A stretch of 64,000 bases of DNA from Eledone cirrhosa (Eukaryota). Position numbers and translations under genes: made by a program. Below the pieces are notes generated by a model. The model had not been told where the DNA came from. It saw nothing but the letters and a program-made list of their open reading frames with translations, and did no database searches. Location of the stretch: assembly GCA_964016885.1 (NCBI GenBank), contig OZ024741.1, positions 233,988,001 to 234,052,000 on the forward strand, read 5' to 3'. Positions 39,577 to 52,276 of the stretch are shown here, piece after piece (the first letter of the stretch is position 1; each line of letters begins with the position of its first letter).

Positions 39577-40587
39577 CTAGCAGTGGTACCCGGCGCTGCA
39601 CGGGATAAGGTATTTTGGAACGCGGGCCGCCAACAGACCTAATCGTGGAAAAACTGCATGCCTGGACAATATGTAAAGAAAATGAACCAAATACTCTGAT
39701 GGCTGGATAATCTTTAAGATTTTCCTTGATGAAGCAGGAAAAATGCAGATTTTCACCTAATGCGGGACCTAGGAGATCAAGAAAAGGACGTAACGCCTCA
39801 AAAAACCCCTAAAAAGCTGAAAAAAAACGCAGTTTTTCACCTAATGCGTTTTTTTTAGCTTTTTAGGGGTTTTTTTAGGCGTTACGTCAGACCGATTTCC
39901 TTGAAATTGTAACTATGTATTAGACAGTCTCTTCTTCATACCGTGGGCAAAGAAAATCCAACTTTTTTATGGCCTAGGGCCGCATTAGGTGAAAAACTTT
40001 ATTTTTTCAGCTTTTTAGGGCTCCTTTGAGGCCGATTTTCCCGAAATTTCAAGGCATATTAAGCACATAAAAAAAATTCATTTTCTTGATCCCCTGAGGC
40101 CCGCATTAGGTGAAAACCTGCATTTTTCCTGCTTCATCGAGGAAAATCTTAAAGATTATCCAGCCATCAGAGTATTCTGTTTATTTTCTTTACATATTGT
40201 CCAGACATGCAGTTTACCACGATTAGGTCTGTTGGCGGGCCGCGTTCTAAAATACCTTATCCTGTTTAACGCCGTTAGTAATCTATATATCTAAAACAGA
40301 GAATGTCTGTCCGTCTATCTGTCTGTCTGTCTGTCCCCCCTAAAACTCGAGAACCAGCCAACCGATGTTTTTCAAACTTTACACATGTAATACTTATGGT
40401 CGTGTGAGTGTTTTGAGCAAAAAATATTTCAAATTTTCAATTCCTTAGGGACCGCACTAGGCGCCGAACGTCGCGCCCTTATAATATCTATATGTTATAA
40501 TATCTACATATCTGTATGTCTGGCTGTCTGCATTACGATATTATGATGCTATCTGTGTGTTTGTGTGTATATGTATGTATATATATA

Positions 40588-40657
<70 letters not shown>

Positions 40658-42110
40658 TGTGTGTAACGTTTTTCGAAATATTTACTTCTGCGTACACAGA
40701 TTGATTTTTTTAGTTTCAGAATATACACACACACACACAGATAGTGTCATAATGTCGTAATGCAGACATCCAGACATACAGACAGATATTATAAGGGCGC
40801 GACGTTATAGCTATCTAATGTGGACTCTAGGGCATTGAAAATTTGAAATATTTTTTGCTCAAAACATTCACACGGCCATAAGTATTACATGTGTAAAGTT
40901 TAAAAAATATCGGTTGGGTGGTTCTCGAGTTTTAGGGAGTCAGTCAGACAGACAGACAAGCATTTTCTGTTTTAGATATATAGATATAATTATATATTCG
41001 TGTACAGATATTTTTGCATCCACAATAACAAAATATAAACAAACGTATTTATTTCACGAGGCTCGATAAGGATAAATATATATCAAATATATAAGAACCC
41101 TAGAGCAAATATTGTTCTCATTGCTGACGAGGCAGAAGGGGATATACACGATTGGTTGAAGAAGGATGAGACTGTGTTAGTACGACCAACGGCTGCTATC
41201 ACACTAACAGCAGCAAAAAACAACAACAAAAAGGAGAGGGAACGCAATTACATGCTCTTGAAAGATCTTAGTGGAAAATTATTTGCCTATTCATCCAAGG
41301 CGACTTCCCTTTTTATTAGGACTGCATCAATTGATGAACATACGACGAAACTGTTTCAGAAAGGAGAGATAAACATGTCAATCTATGTTTAGAATCCTGA
41401 GCAACGCCGGGCCATTCTGCTAGTATATCTATATATCTAAAACAGAGAATGTCAGTCTGTCTATCCCCCTAAAACTCGAGAACCAGCCAACCGATGTTTT
41501 TCAAACTTTACACATGTAATACTTATGGTCGTGTGAGTGTTTTGAGGGAAACATATTTCAAATTTTCGATGCCCTAGGGACCGCATTAGGCGCCGGTAAG
41601 CGATCTCTCTATCTTTCTTAGTCTGTCTTTTTAGATAGATACATAGCTATAACGTCACGCCCTTATAATATCTGTCTCTATGTCTGGCTGTCTGCATTAC
41701 GACATTATGACAAACATTGTTCTCATTGCTGACGCATTATCTTCGCTATTTTCTGTTCATTGCCAGGGAACGTCTTCACGAACCAAAGTATCGTCTTCCG
41801 TTTTTCCTTCGGTTGCAACGTTTTTCGAAATATTTACTTCTGCGTTCACAGATTGATGTTTTTTTTTGTTTCAGAAGATCCCGTTAAGGGTGTAAGCAGC
41901 GATTCTTTGCTTAAACTTTTATCTGTATTAGTAGTACGACCAACGCTGCTATCACACCAACAGCAGCAAAAACAACAATAAAAAAGAGAGGGTACGCAAT
42001 TACATGCTTTTGAAAAATCGTATTGGAAAATTATTTGCCTATTCACCCAAGGCGACTTCACTTTTTATTAGGACTTCTGCATCAATTGGTGAACATACGA
42101 CGAAACTTTG
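39577..42110. mobile_element. Cluster of non-autonomous Helitron (DINE/HINE-like) fragments in both orientations
   Basis: 5' modules TATATCTAAAACAGAGAATGTC(TGTC)n...AAACTCGAGAACC at ~40285 (+), ~40985 (-) and ~41430 (+). 3' ends CAACGCCGGG...GCTAG at ~41424 (+) and 39577 (-). Confidence 0.7.
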
Positions 42111-42308
42111 AAAGGAGTAAGACCACACCACTCTCCACCACTGCAGTCCCACATGCTTACTGCTCTGTAACTATTGCTTTCATTGTACCATAGCACAACA
42201 AATACATGTTCGGTTTGTCGAATGCCCTTTTACTTAACCCTATCGTCTTGGCATTTGTGGGTTGAACATTTTACTCTCAGGCACCCAATTAAGTTAAATC
42301 CCTGATAA

Positions 42309-44299
42309 CACTGGTCAACAACAAAATATTCATTTCATGGTTCTAGTATAATTTAGTATGATTCTAGGGTAATCAAGTGTGCAGAATCTGAATATGACAA
42401 CGGTTAAGCTGTATCGGGTCTAGTTTTCGAGAACCAGCATATCCATGTTTATGACCCATAGCTATGTGGCTCATATTACTTCATCCAATTGTATCCACTA
42501 TATTTAGTTGTTAACTAATTTATATTTACTGCTTTTGTTTCAGATCACAGAATTGTAACTATCCTCACCTATTCTTGGATAATTCACAACAACTTTGACT
42601 AGTGGGAGAGATGGAACGCCGGAAATGTGGAAATGACCCGGACCGATTTTGCTATATTTGTGGACTCTTTACCCCAGAAAGCATAAAGAAACCAATCACA
42701 AAAGCAGTTCGAGTAAACTACAAATGCTACTTCAAATGTCCATTAGGAGACCAGGATAAGAACTGGGCGCCTCATATAGCGTGTAGGTCATGTGTTAATC
42801 ACCTAAGTGAATGGAAGAATGGGAAACGAAGCTCTGGTTTGCCATTTGCCATACCAATGGTGTGGCGAGAACCAAAAGACCACAATAATGATTGCTACTT
42901 CTGCTATATAAACATCCAAGGAATAACTCTGAAGACACGAACTACACTTCAATAGCCCGATATCTCGTCAGCAATCCGACCAGCACCTCACAGTGACGAA
43001 TTACCTGTTCCAGTTCCACCTGCTGAACACGAGCTAATCTCTGATTCTGATTCCAGTAGCACCCCTATTGATGATGACTATCAAGACGAACATGAGACAA
43101 GTGAACCCATACCATTTTACCAGGAAGCTCTTCACGATCTCATTAGAGACCTACATTTGTCTAAAGAAAAGGCAGAGCTCCTGGGATCAAGACTGAAGCA
43201 ACGAAACCTGCTGGAACCTGGCGTCCGCATTACAACCGCTCGTCTTCGTCATAAACAACTTAATTAGTCTACTTCTAGGTCTTCAGACTGGTTACACAAA
43301 GCATATGTGTATTCTATGTTTGTGGAATAGTAGAGCAGATGCGGAGCACTACATGAAGAAGGATTGGCCAACAAGACCAAAGGATGCACCCGGTAGATCC
43401 AACTGTTTGTACAAACCTCTCGTGGATCCAGAAAAAGTATTCCTCCCTCCATTATATCTCAAATTAGGCTTGGCCAAAAACTTTATTAAAAGCATGGATC
43501 ATACAGGTAATGGGTTTCAGTACTTGTGTAAGAAATTGGGTAGAGTGGTATCTGAAGCAAAGTTAAAAGCAGGGGTTTTGAATGGTCCTCAGATTCGTAT
43601 GCTGGTTAATGATAGTGAGTTTACGAAAACACTAAACCCTTTGGAGACTAATGCATGGAAATCATTTGTAGATGTGACACAGAACCTTCTTGGAAACCAC
43701 CGTGCACACAACTATAAAGAAATAGTTGAAACCATGATACAAAATTATCGCGCTCTGGGTTCACGAATGTCGTTGAAGCTTTATTTCTTCCATTCTCATC
43801 TGGATTTCTTCCCAAGTAATCTAGGAGACATCAGTGATGAACATGGAGAGAGAGGTTTCACCACGACATTGCCATAATGGAGAGTAGGTATCAGGGTCAG
43901 TTCAATCCCAACATGATGGGAGACTACTGCTGGACACTGCAACGTGAGGAGAGCCAGCAAAACAAGCGTAAAAGCAAAATCCAGAAATTTTTTTAGAAAT
44001 GTTTTGAAATATTTTGTTATGTTCAGAATGTTGTTCAGAAATGTTTTGTTAATATACTAAGTGTTAAAAAAATAAATAAAAATAAGTTTATATATTTTTA
44101 TTAATAAGTTAATATATATATAAGTCATCATATGTTACACAATGGATAAATAATGCAATACGAGGAACATATTTTTTATCTCATATTAAGGTATTCTGGT
44201 CCGATAGCAAAAAATGAATATCAAAACTGAATTTAGTGCTATGAAATTAGTAAGATGCACATATTCACATGTAAGAACCATTTTGGCTGTTGACCAGTG
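42309..44299 (+). mobile_element. Chapaev3-type (CMC) DNA transposon with inactivated transposase (~42611-43996)
   Basis: TIRs CACTGGTCAACA / TGTTGACCAGTG and 3-bp TAA TSD. Motifs FCYICG, GDQDKNWAPH, WREPKDH, LPPLYLKLGL, MSLKLYFFHSHLDFF and SDEHGER. Stop at 42953 plus an internal deletion. Confidence 0.85.
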
Positions 44300-44399
44300 T
44301 AATCAACGACGAATCATTTTTATAAGCACAAAATGTAGACACCATCCCAGGCCGAAGTATTCCGTAATTCTCTGCACTGTTCCAGAAAGGAGGGATAAA

Positions 44400-44720
44400 C
44401 ATATCACACTATACCATGCTATATCACACTACACTACATTACACTACACTATATGACACTATACCACGCTATATCACACTACACTACACTACATTACACT
44501 ATGCTATATCACACTATACTATATCACACTATACCATGCTTTATCACACTACACTACATTTCACTACACTATATCACACTATACCATGCTATATCACACT
44601 ACACTATATCACATACTACACTACTCTACATTACACCATTCTATACTGTAATAAACAGTGTAGTATAGTGTTGTACAATTTGGTATAATATAGTATAGTG
44701 TAATGTAGTGTAGTTCGGTA
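44400..44720. repeat. Degenerate (CACTA)n pentamer microsatellite; complementary (TAGTG)n tract at 47570-47725
   Basis: Direct inspection. Confidence 0.8.
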
Positions 44721-44947
44721 TAATAATAATAATGAAATTATTGTGTATGAAGTATAGTGTAATATAAGTTTGATAATTTTGATAGGTTTCGGCCAGTATT
44801 GGCCTAGGCCATGACTAACTTAATAGCACCACCATATATAGTATAAGTATATTTTCTAATATTGCATAACATCATGTAATATAGTGTAGTGTAATGTATA
44901 ATATCATGGAAGTGGAATATAGGGTAATACAGCATAATATTGTGTAA

Positions 44948-47190
44948 TCTATATATATTAAACAGAGGATGTCTGTCTGTGTGTCTGTTTCCCTAAAACT
45001 CGAGAAGTACCCAACCGTTTTTTTTCAAACTTTACACATGTAACCCGTATGGCCCCGGAAGTGTTATGAGCAAAACAAAATTTCAAATTATTCTGACCTA
45101 GGGATCGAATTAGTGAAGTGGCTAATGTCTGTACATAATGAGGGAGTGAGAGGGGAGAGAAAGACACGGAGAGGCGAAGTGAAGAAGTGGCTCTCTACTC
45201 CTCCTCCTTCTCCCCATTCGTCACAGCGTTTTTCGATGGAGGGGAGAAATGTGAACGAGTTACAGAGAGAAAGAGTGAGAGTGAAAGAAACAGACAGACT
45301 AAAAGAGGGGGATAGCGAGAGAGAGAGAGAGAGAGTGTGACAGACGCCGTCTTTTGAGAGTTGTATGCCTCAAAGATACATGACAGTGGATTAACTATTG
45401 CGTGTGTGTGTACGTGCGCGCGTGTGTGTGTGAGTTTGTGTGCGTTTGCATGCGTGAGTGATTATAAACTCTCTCACATGGTCTGATGGAATTAACCCTT
45501 TAGCATTTACATTACTCTATATATACTATATTATTTTCATGGTAAAGGCTTTATCTCAAATAATATAAAAATCTCATAGATTTAATATTATTTATTTTGA
45601 GAACAATACCTTAACCCTTTAGTATTAATGTGAGTGAGTTATAAAGAGAAAGAGTGAGAGTGAAAGAAACAGACAGACTAAAAGTGGGGGATAGCGGGAG
45701 AGAGAGAGAGAGAGAGAGAGAGACGCTGGAAGAAGGGAAGGAAAGCTATAAGTAATTAACACGTGTGCGTGCGTGCGCGCGTGTGTGTGTGTGTGCGTGA
45801 ATGTGTGTGCGCGTGTGTGTGTGTTCGCGCAGGGTTCCATTATGAGTTAAATCTATTAACATGTGTGTGTGTGAGTTTGCGTGCGTTTCTGCGCTTGCGT
45901 GCTTCAGTGTGTGTGTGTACTTGCGTGTGGCGTTTCATTTACGCCATTTTTGTCACTGACAACATATTCACTAACTTACACTCATTCCAACCGCTGCTCT
46001 TACTGTTACCCCTCTCCCTATCCATACCCCGTTCGGAAATCACATGCATCGGTTTTTAATTCACTGACGAGTTTACTCCTTACTCTACCAGTGAGTTTCA
46101 GTGTACTTCGTCCTGCTTTGAGATCATGCCTCGAAGGAAGAGATACTCCATTGGCCGAAAAACTGCGAAAGCAGCGACAACACGAACAGGGCGGGCAAAC
46201 GAATCGTCAGTGGAATCTGCTATTCGACGGTCGCAAGATGCTAAACGTACTGCCACCAGAAGAGCACTTGAAACAGACAATCAATGAACCATTCGCCGAA
46301 CCGCTAATGTCGCATCAACTACTGTTGCACGAGCAGCCGAGACGGACGGCCAGCGTAAAAGACGTCGGAGTACGGATTCTGCGAATACTGCTGCTGCGTG
46401 AGCTGCCGAGACGGACGACCAGCGTAAAAGACGTCGGAGTACGGATTCTGCGAATACTGCTGTTGTGCGAGCTACACAGACCTTGCAAGAACGAGACATT
46501 CGACTACAATGTAATGCTCAACGAAGGGCCTTTGGACAGAATATTTCAAGGCCGTGTAGCTCACGATGGTCCTTGAAAGCATTTGAGTACAACCCTGACT
46601 TTGATTACAGTGGCCATCCAGACATGAGAATTGGGAGTATGTCAAAGACGTGCTCTTTCTGCAAAAAAGTGGCCCGGAGAAACACCTGGCTTGTGTTGCG
46701 CAAATGGAAAAGTAAAATTACGTCCCTTGGAGGATCAACCACAACCGTTGAAGCTCCTATATTCAGACAGTACTGCGGTTTCCAAATGACATCTGTGGTT
46801 TCCAAATGACATCTTTCGGGGTGAACATTGTGAGGGAAGGCGGATTTATGCCCACATTTAAGGTGCAAGGTCAGGTGTACCATAGAATCGGATCCCTCCA
46901 GCCTGCCGCCAGTCAAGAACCTCAATTTCTTCAGCTGTACTTTGTTGGGAATGTCAACGAGCAGGCAGCCATAAAAATTCATTTTCTTGATCCCCTAGGG
47001 CCTGCATTAGGTGAAAACCTGCATTTTTCCTGCTTCATAGAGGAAAATCTCAAAGATTATCCAGCCATCAGAATATTCGGTTTATTTTCTTTACATATTG
47101 TGCAGGCATGCAGTTTTTCCACGATTAGGTCTGTAGGCGGCCCGCCTTCCAAAATACCTTATCTTGTGCAACGCCGGGTACCACTGCTAG
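44948..47190 (+). mobile_element. Internally deleted Helitron with Rep N-terminal remnant (46125-46965)
   Basis: MPRRKRYSIGRK..., AFEYNPDFDY, ETPGLCCANGKVKL, FQMTSFG, FKVQGQVYHRIGSL and PQFLQLYF. The 3' end is GCAACGCCGGGTACCACTGCTAG. Confidence 0.85.
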
Positions 47191-47196
47191 TGTAAT

Positions 47197-47907
47197 ATAA
47201 TTGTTTCTATTTTAGGTACAAGGCCAGCAATTACCCAGTACATTACTGGTACTTTATTTTATCGATCCCGTAAGGATGAAAGGCAAAGTTAACCTCGGCG
47301 GGATTTGAACTCAGATCATAAAGGGACGTAACTCTATGCTTCAAAGCATGGTGTCCGACTCTCTACCAATACTGCCAATCCACCGCCCATTGTGTAATGT
47401 AATATAATTGTTTCTACTTGAGGCACAAGGCCAGCAATTATCCAGTACATTACTGGTACTTTATTTTATCGACCCCGTAAGGATGAAAATATCGGGATAT
47501 AGTGTATGGCATAGTATACATTTCATATTTCATGTAGTTGCCACTTTATAATCGGAAAGGATTTTTATATTGTAGTGCTGTGTAGTGTAGAGTTGGGTAC
47601 AGTGATATATTGTAGTGAGGTGTAGTGTTGTCTAGTATAGTGTAATATAGCATAGCTATGTGGAGTATAGTATAATGCAGTGTAGTGTAGTGAAGAATAT
47701 TATAATATAGTGTAATGTAGTATATTCTCCACTCATGCAAATTTCATCTAAACATAATTGTTTCTACTTTAGGCACAAGGCCAGCAATTACCCAGTGCAT
47801 TACTGGTACTTTATTTTATCGACCCCGTAAGGATGAAAGGCAAAGTCAACCTCGGCGGGATTTGAACTCAGATTGTAAAGGGACGTAACTATGCTGTAAA
47901 GCATGGC
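47197..47907 (-). mobile_element. Three SINE family B copies (47197-47390, 47405-47488, 47755-47907)
   Basis: Reverse complements of the 38461-38646 family sequence. Confidence 0.8.
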
Positions 47908-49544
47908 AATGTGTTGATTAGTTGCCTCAGTTTATACACATAGATTGAATTTTTGCCTATTTCTCAGATATAAAATAGGGAATCAGCTTATATTCAGATC
48001 AGCTTGCATTTGAGTATATACCGTAATTTAAATAAAGTGGTGCCCCTCATCCCTCGATGCTGTGAACGTGCTTATTTTGCATAATGGTTATTTCCACTCT
48101 GCATGAAAAGGTGATGCAGGTTTTATGCTGGTGGCACAAATAATGCACCCAGTCTATGTGGTTAATGATAAGAAAGGCATCCAGCCAGGTAAAAAAGCCT
48201 CCAAAAATAAGATTCACACTAATTGCGTATACAGGGCTAACACAAGTCACGTTAGTGCTGCACACAGTATTGGGATGGTTAGAGTAATCATGTGCGAGAA
48301 CCCCTCAACCGTCATCAAGCAATTGCATAGCATTTTCCCTTCCAGGTACCCAGAACTGATACTCAAGGAACTGTCATAAATAAAATGTTAAAATAAAATT
48401 TAAAATATAAAAATTTATAAAAGGAGAGGTGGGTGGAGGAATGGACCGGCGTGCTGGCGTGGGGTTCAGGGTGAGGGTGACACACATACTGTTGGTGAGT
48501 GGATGTAGGTGGGGTGCACATTACAATGCATTTGCGCATGTCATGTTAAGTGTGTTGTTGGTGGAGGTATGTATTCGTACGTATGTGTGAGCATGTGTAT
48601 GTTAGTATGTGTGTTTGGCAGAGATGTGTGGTTGCATGTATAAGTGTATGTGTGTGTAAGTAGTGGAGTGGGTTTTTGAGTCTTGTAGGTCCAAGATGGG
48701 TAGATTCCAGGTAGGTTCCAGGTTGGTAAGTTAAAAGTCAGGAATGGCCGTGGTAAATAAAGGAATTGTGGATAGTTTCAGAGAATGTGTAGAGGGGAGA
48801 TGGTGGTGGCAGAGCTCTAAGAAAGTACTAGGGGGTTGGGTGTTATTTTCACTGGTCAGATAGAGCGTAGGGGATGGCGGTTAACGGAATTTGTGGTAGG
48901 TGAGGGAGAAAGTCGGTGTTAATGAGGCAGTGCCATACAGAGGAGGTCGTGGTAGTGGCATTGGTGGTGGTGGTGATGGTGCTGGTGATGCGTGCATGCG
49001 GAGGCGTACAAGCCCACATATATAGTTATGTGTAGGCATGTGTGGTAGGGTAGAGTGGTAGTAATGTAGGCGAGTGGAGTAGAAGAGTAGGTGAACTGTG
49101 TGCCGAGCAAATGTACAAGCACACACACATGAATACATACATACATATATAGAAAGATTTGAATGGATACAGTTTAGTTGAAAGGAATTTATTGACACGT
49201 GTTTCTATAACAGTTACATAACCTAAAACAGCTATCTACAAACTTTTAGTTATGCAGACATTCAATATTTCAATGTTATTATTTACTGTCATTTCATCAG
49301 AATAATATTACTGAGGACCTATTTAGTTTTTATAGAGAATATTAGGAGGAAGGGGTGAAGTTGTTAGAAGAATAGTTGAAGGAGTGGTTTTTCGATAGCA
49401 GTGAGAATTCTTGGTGGCAGTGAGTAATTAGATTCCCATCTGTTGTTTTGACATTTTTTATAGAATATATATATTATTATAATAATATAATATTTATATT
49501 ATAATAATATAATATTTATATTACAACACAACGGAAAATACTGT

Positions 49545-49615
<71 letters not shown>

Positions 49616-49633
49616 TATATATATATATATATA

Positions 49634-51402
49634 TCATCATCATCATCACTGTTTTACGTCCGTTCTTCCACGCTAGCATGAGTTAGACGGGTTGTCCTGT
49701 TGTGGGCAGTGTCAGGTCGGCTGACCTTGTCTTGCTCATACGGGAACTGATTCTGGCTTGCTTTCTACAGCTGGATGTCCTTCCTAACACCGACCTTATT
49801 TACATTGAGTGCTGGGTACTTTTTTGCCGTGGCACCTCCACGACCACTTTGCAGTAGGAGGGTGTGGGGGCATATTGTCTATATGCTTCAGCTTCGGCTT
49901 GTACCCGTGGGGGGTCGGGTATTCTGTATTACTGCGTGACCTCAGAGGTCACGGTCATGAGTCTTCACCTTTGAGAGGTGTAATTGGGTAAGGTCAGCTT
50001 TTATCACCTCATCCCAGGTCTTCTTGGGTCTCCTCACTCCGCAGTTTACATCGACTTCTAGTGCTCTGCACCTTTTTATACAGCTGTCATCCTTCATACG
50101 CATCACATGCCCATACCAATGCAACCGCCTCTCCTGCACACAGCATTTGATTCCTCTTATGTTCAGTCTCTCTCTCAATTCCTTTATGCTTTGCCGTTTG
50201 CATATATTACTATTAAACATCCATCGGAGCATGCAGGCTTCATTTCTTTTTAATCTACGCAAGTCTTCCACAGACAGCGCCCAGGTCTCACTACCATGTA
50301 GCATTGCTGTTCGTATACACGCATCATACAGTCTGCCTTTCATTTTGAGGGAAAAGCCTTTTGAAGCTAGCAGTGGCAGTAGCTCCCTGAACTTCTTCCA
50401 TCCCGTTTTTACCCTAGTTATTGTACTTTCCGAACACCCACCTCCGCTGCTAATTCAGTCACCTAGGTAGCAGAAGCTGTCTTCTGTTTCTACAGAGCCC
50501 TCCCAGAGTTTGGTTGTACTTGTTTCCTGTGGCTGTTTGCTGTTTGCTGTCCCAGCACAGCTGCTACATGTGAAGCCTACATTCTTAGTTAAGCTTCCTG
50601 AGATCCTGCTACATCTCTTGTGTACCCATTGTTTGCATTTGGGACAGAGAATGGAGTTCCTACCTACACCTTTCCTACATACTGAGCTAGGCCATTTCCC
50701 TGAGGGGATCTGGGTTCTGTTTTCTCGTCTACTTACAAGGACCTTAGTCTTTGTCAGGTTGACTTTGAGACCCTTTCTTTCTAGTCCCTGCTTTCAAGTT
50801 TGGAATTTCTTCCATAGATTCAGCTATAAGTGCGAGGTTATCTGCATACAGGAGTTCCCATGGGCATCCGGTCTTAAACTCCTCCGTTATTGCCTGCAGG
50901 ACTATGATGAACAGGAGAGGGATAAGAACAGAGCCCTGGTGGACACCGACCTGTACGCTAAATTCCTTGCTAGAGTCATTGCTAATCCTAACTTTGCTGA
51001 CTGCTCCCCTATACATGGCTTGTACAGCTTTCACAAGCCATTCATCTACTCCTAGTTTTCTAAGAGCCCACCAGATTATAGCATGGGGAACTCTGTCAAA
51101 GGCTTTCTCGAGATCGACGAATGCCAGGTAGAGTGGCTTACTTTTAGCTAGCTACTTTTCCTGTAACTGCCTCACAAGGAAGAGGGCATCAGTGGTGCCT
51201 CTTCCTGGCACAAACCCAAATTGCATCTCATCTAGTTTCACCCGGTCCCTAATCAACTGTGCTTTAACTCTTTCTGTTACTTTTATGACCTGGTCCATCA
51301 ACTTTATACCTCTATCGTTTCCTCTATCTAGTGCATCACCTTTACCTTTGTAGTAGTTGACAATGATGCTGCTGCACCAATCCTTTGGTATGACACCTTC
51401 TA
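49634..51402 (-). mobile_element. 5'-truncated RTE LINE (RT with PHD finger, 3' UTR)
   Basis: ORFs 51152..51457, 50744..51034 and 49942..50343. The minus strand reads GKWPSSVCRKGVGRNSILCPKCKQWVHKRC. Confidence 0.9.
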
Positions 51403-51443
<41 letters not shown>

Positions 51444-51596
51444 GATAAATCTACCAAGAGTTTACGGTAGTGTCCAATCCGTATGAAGAACTATGCCAAT
51501 TCTAACACATATATGTCCTAGAAACGATCGTTAAATAATGAACTTTTTTTGTTTAATATAAGGAACTGTTTCATTGTTTTATTCATTATTTTTTTA

Positions 51597-51765
<169 letters not shown>

Positions 51766-52002
51766 GTATATATATACATATAAATTCAAAATAGTGAGCG
51801 CACAAGGCCACGACAATGGAAAAAAAAACAACGGAAAGACGGACAGTCCCATCTCCTCAGTCAACCCCTGAAAATCATTACGGCTTTAGTAAATTAAGGT
51901 CGATACCATTGATTCCAGTGCACACTGGAACAATATATATATATAAAATAATTAAAGTCAAATATGTAAAATTTGGCTTCGTTTATTATAAATTATAGAT
52001 AT

Positions 52003-52057
52003 ACTGCTATATATATTTCGGTGGCAGCCATCATTGGCTGTGACCTCTTCAGGCAGT
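52003..52057 (-). ncRNA. Type I minimal hammerhead ribozyme in a Penelope-like fragment (51785-52190)
   Basis: ACTGC-CTGAAGA-GGTCACAGCCA(ATGA)TGGCTGCCACC-GAAA-TATATA-TA-GCAGT. Confidence 0.8.
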
Positions 52058-52191
52058 CCGAATTGGTGTGGGAAAGACAGGTACACATGTTGTTGAAGTG
52101 TGTTTTACTCCGTCAATACATCGATATGTCCAGCTCCTGGTTGTGTTGCTATTTCTCTGAGGAACTGGAATCATATCAAAATTTATATATA

Positions 52192-52276
<85 letters not shown>

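Noticed and set aside
45881-46576. 231-aa ORF as a captured host gene
   Set aside because: It is an alternative frame over the Helitron Rep N-terminal remnant.
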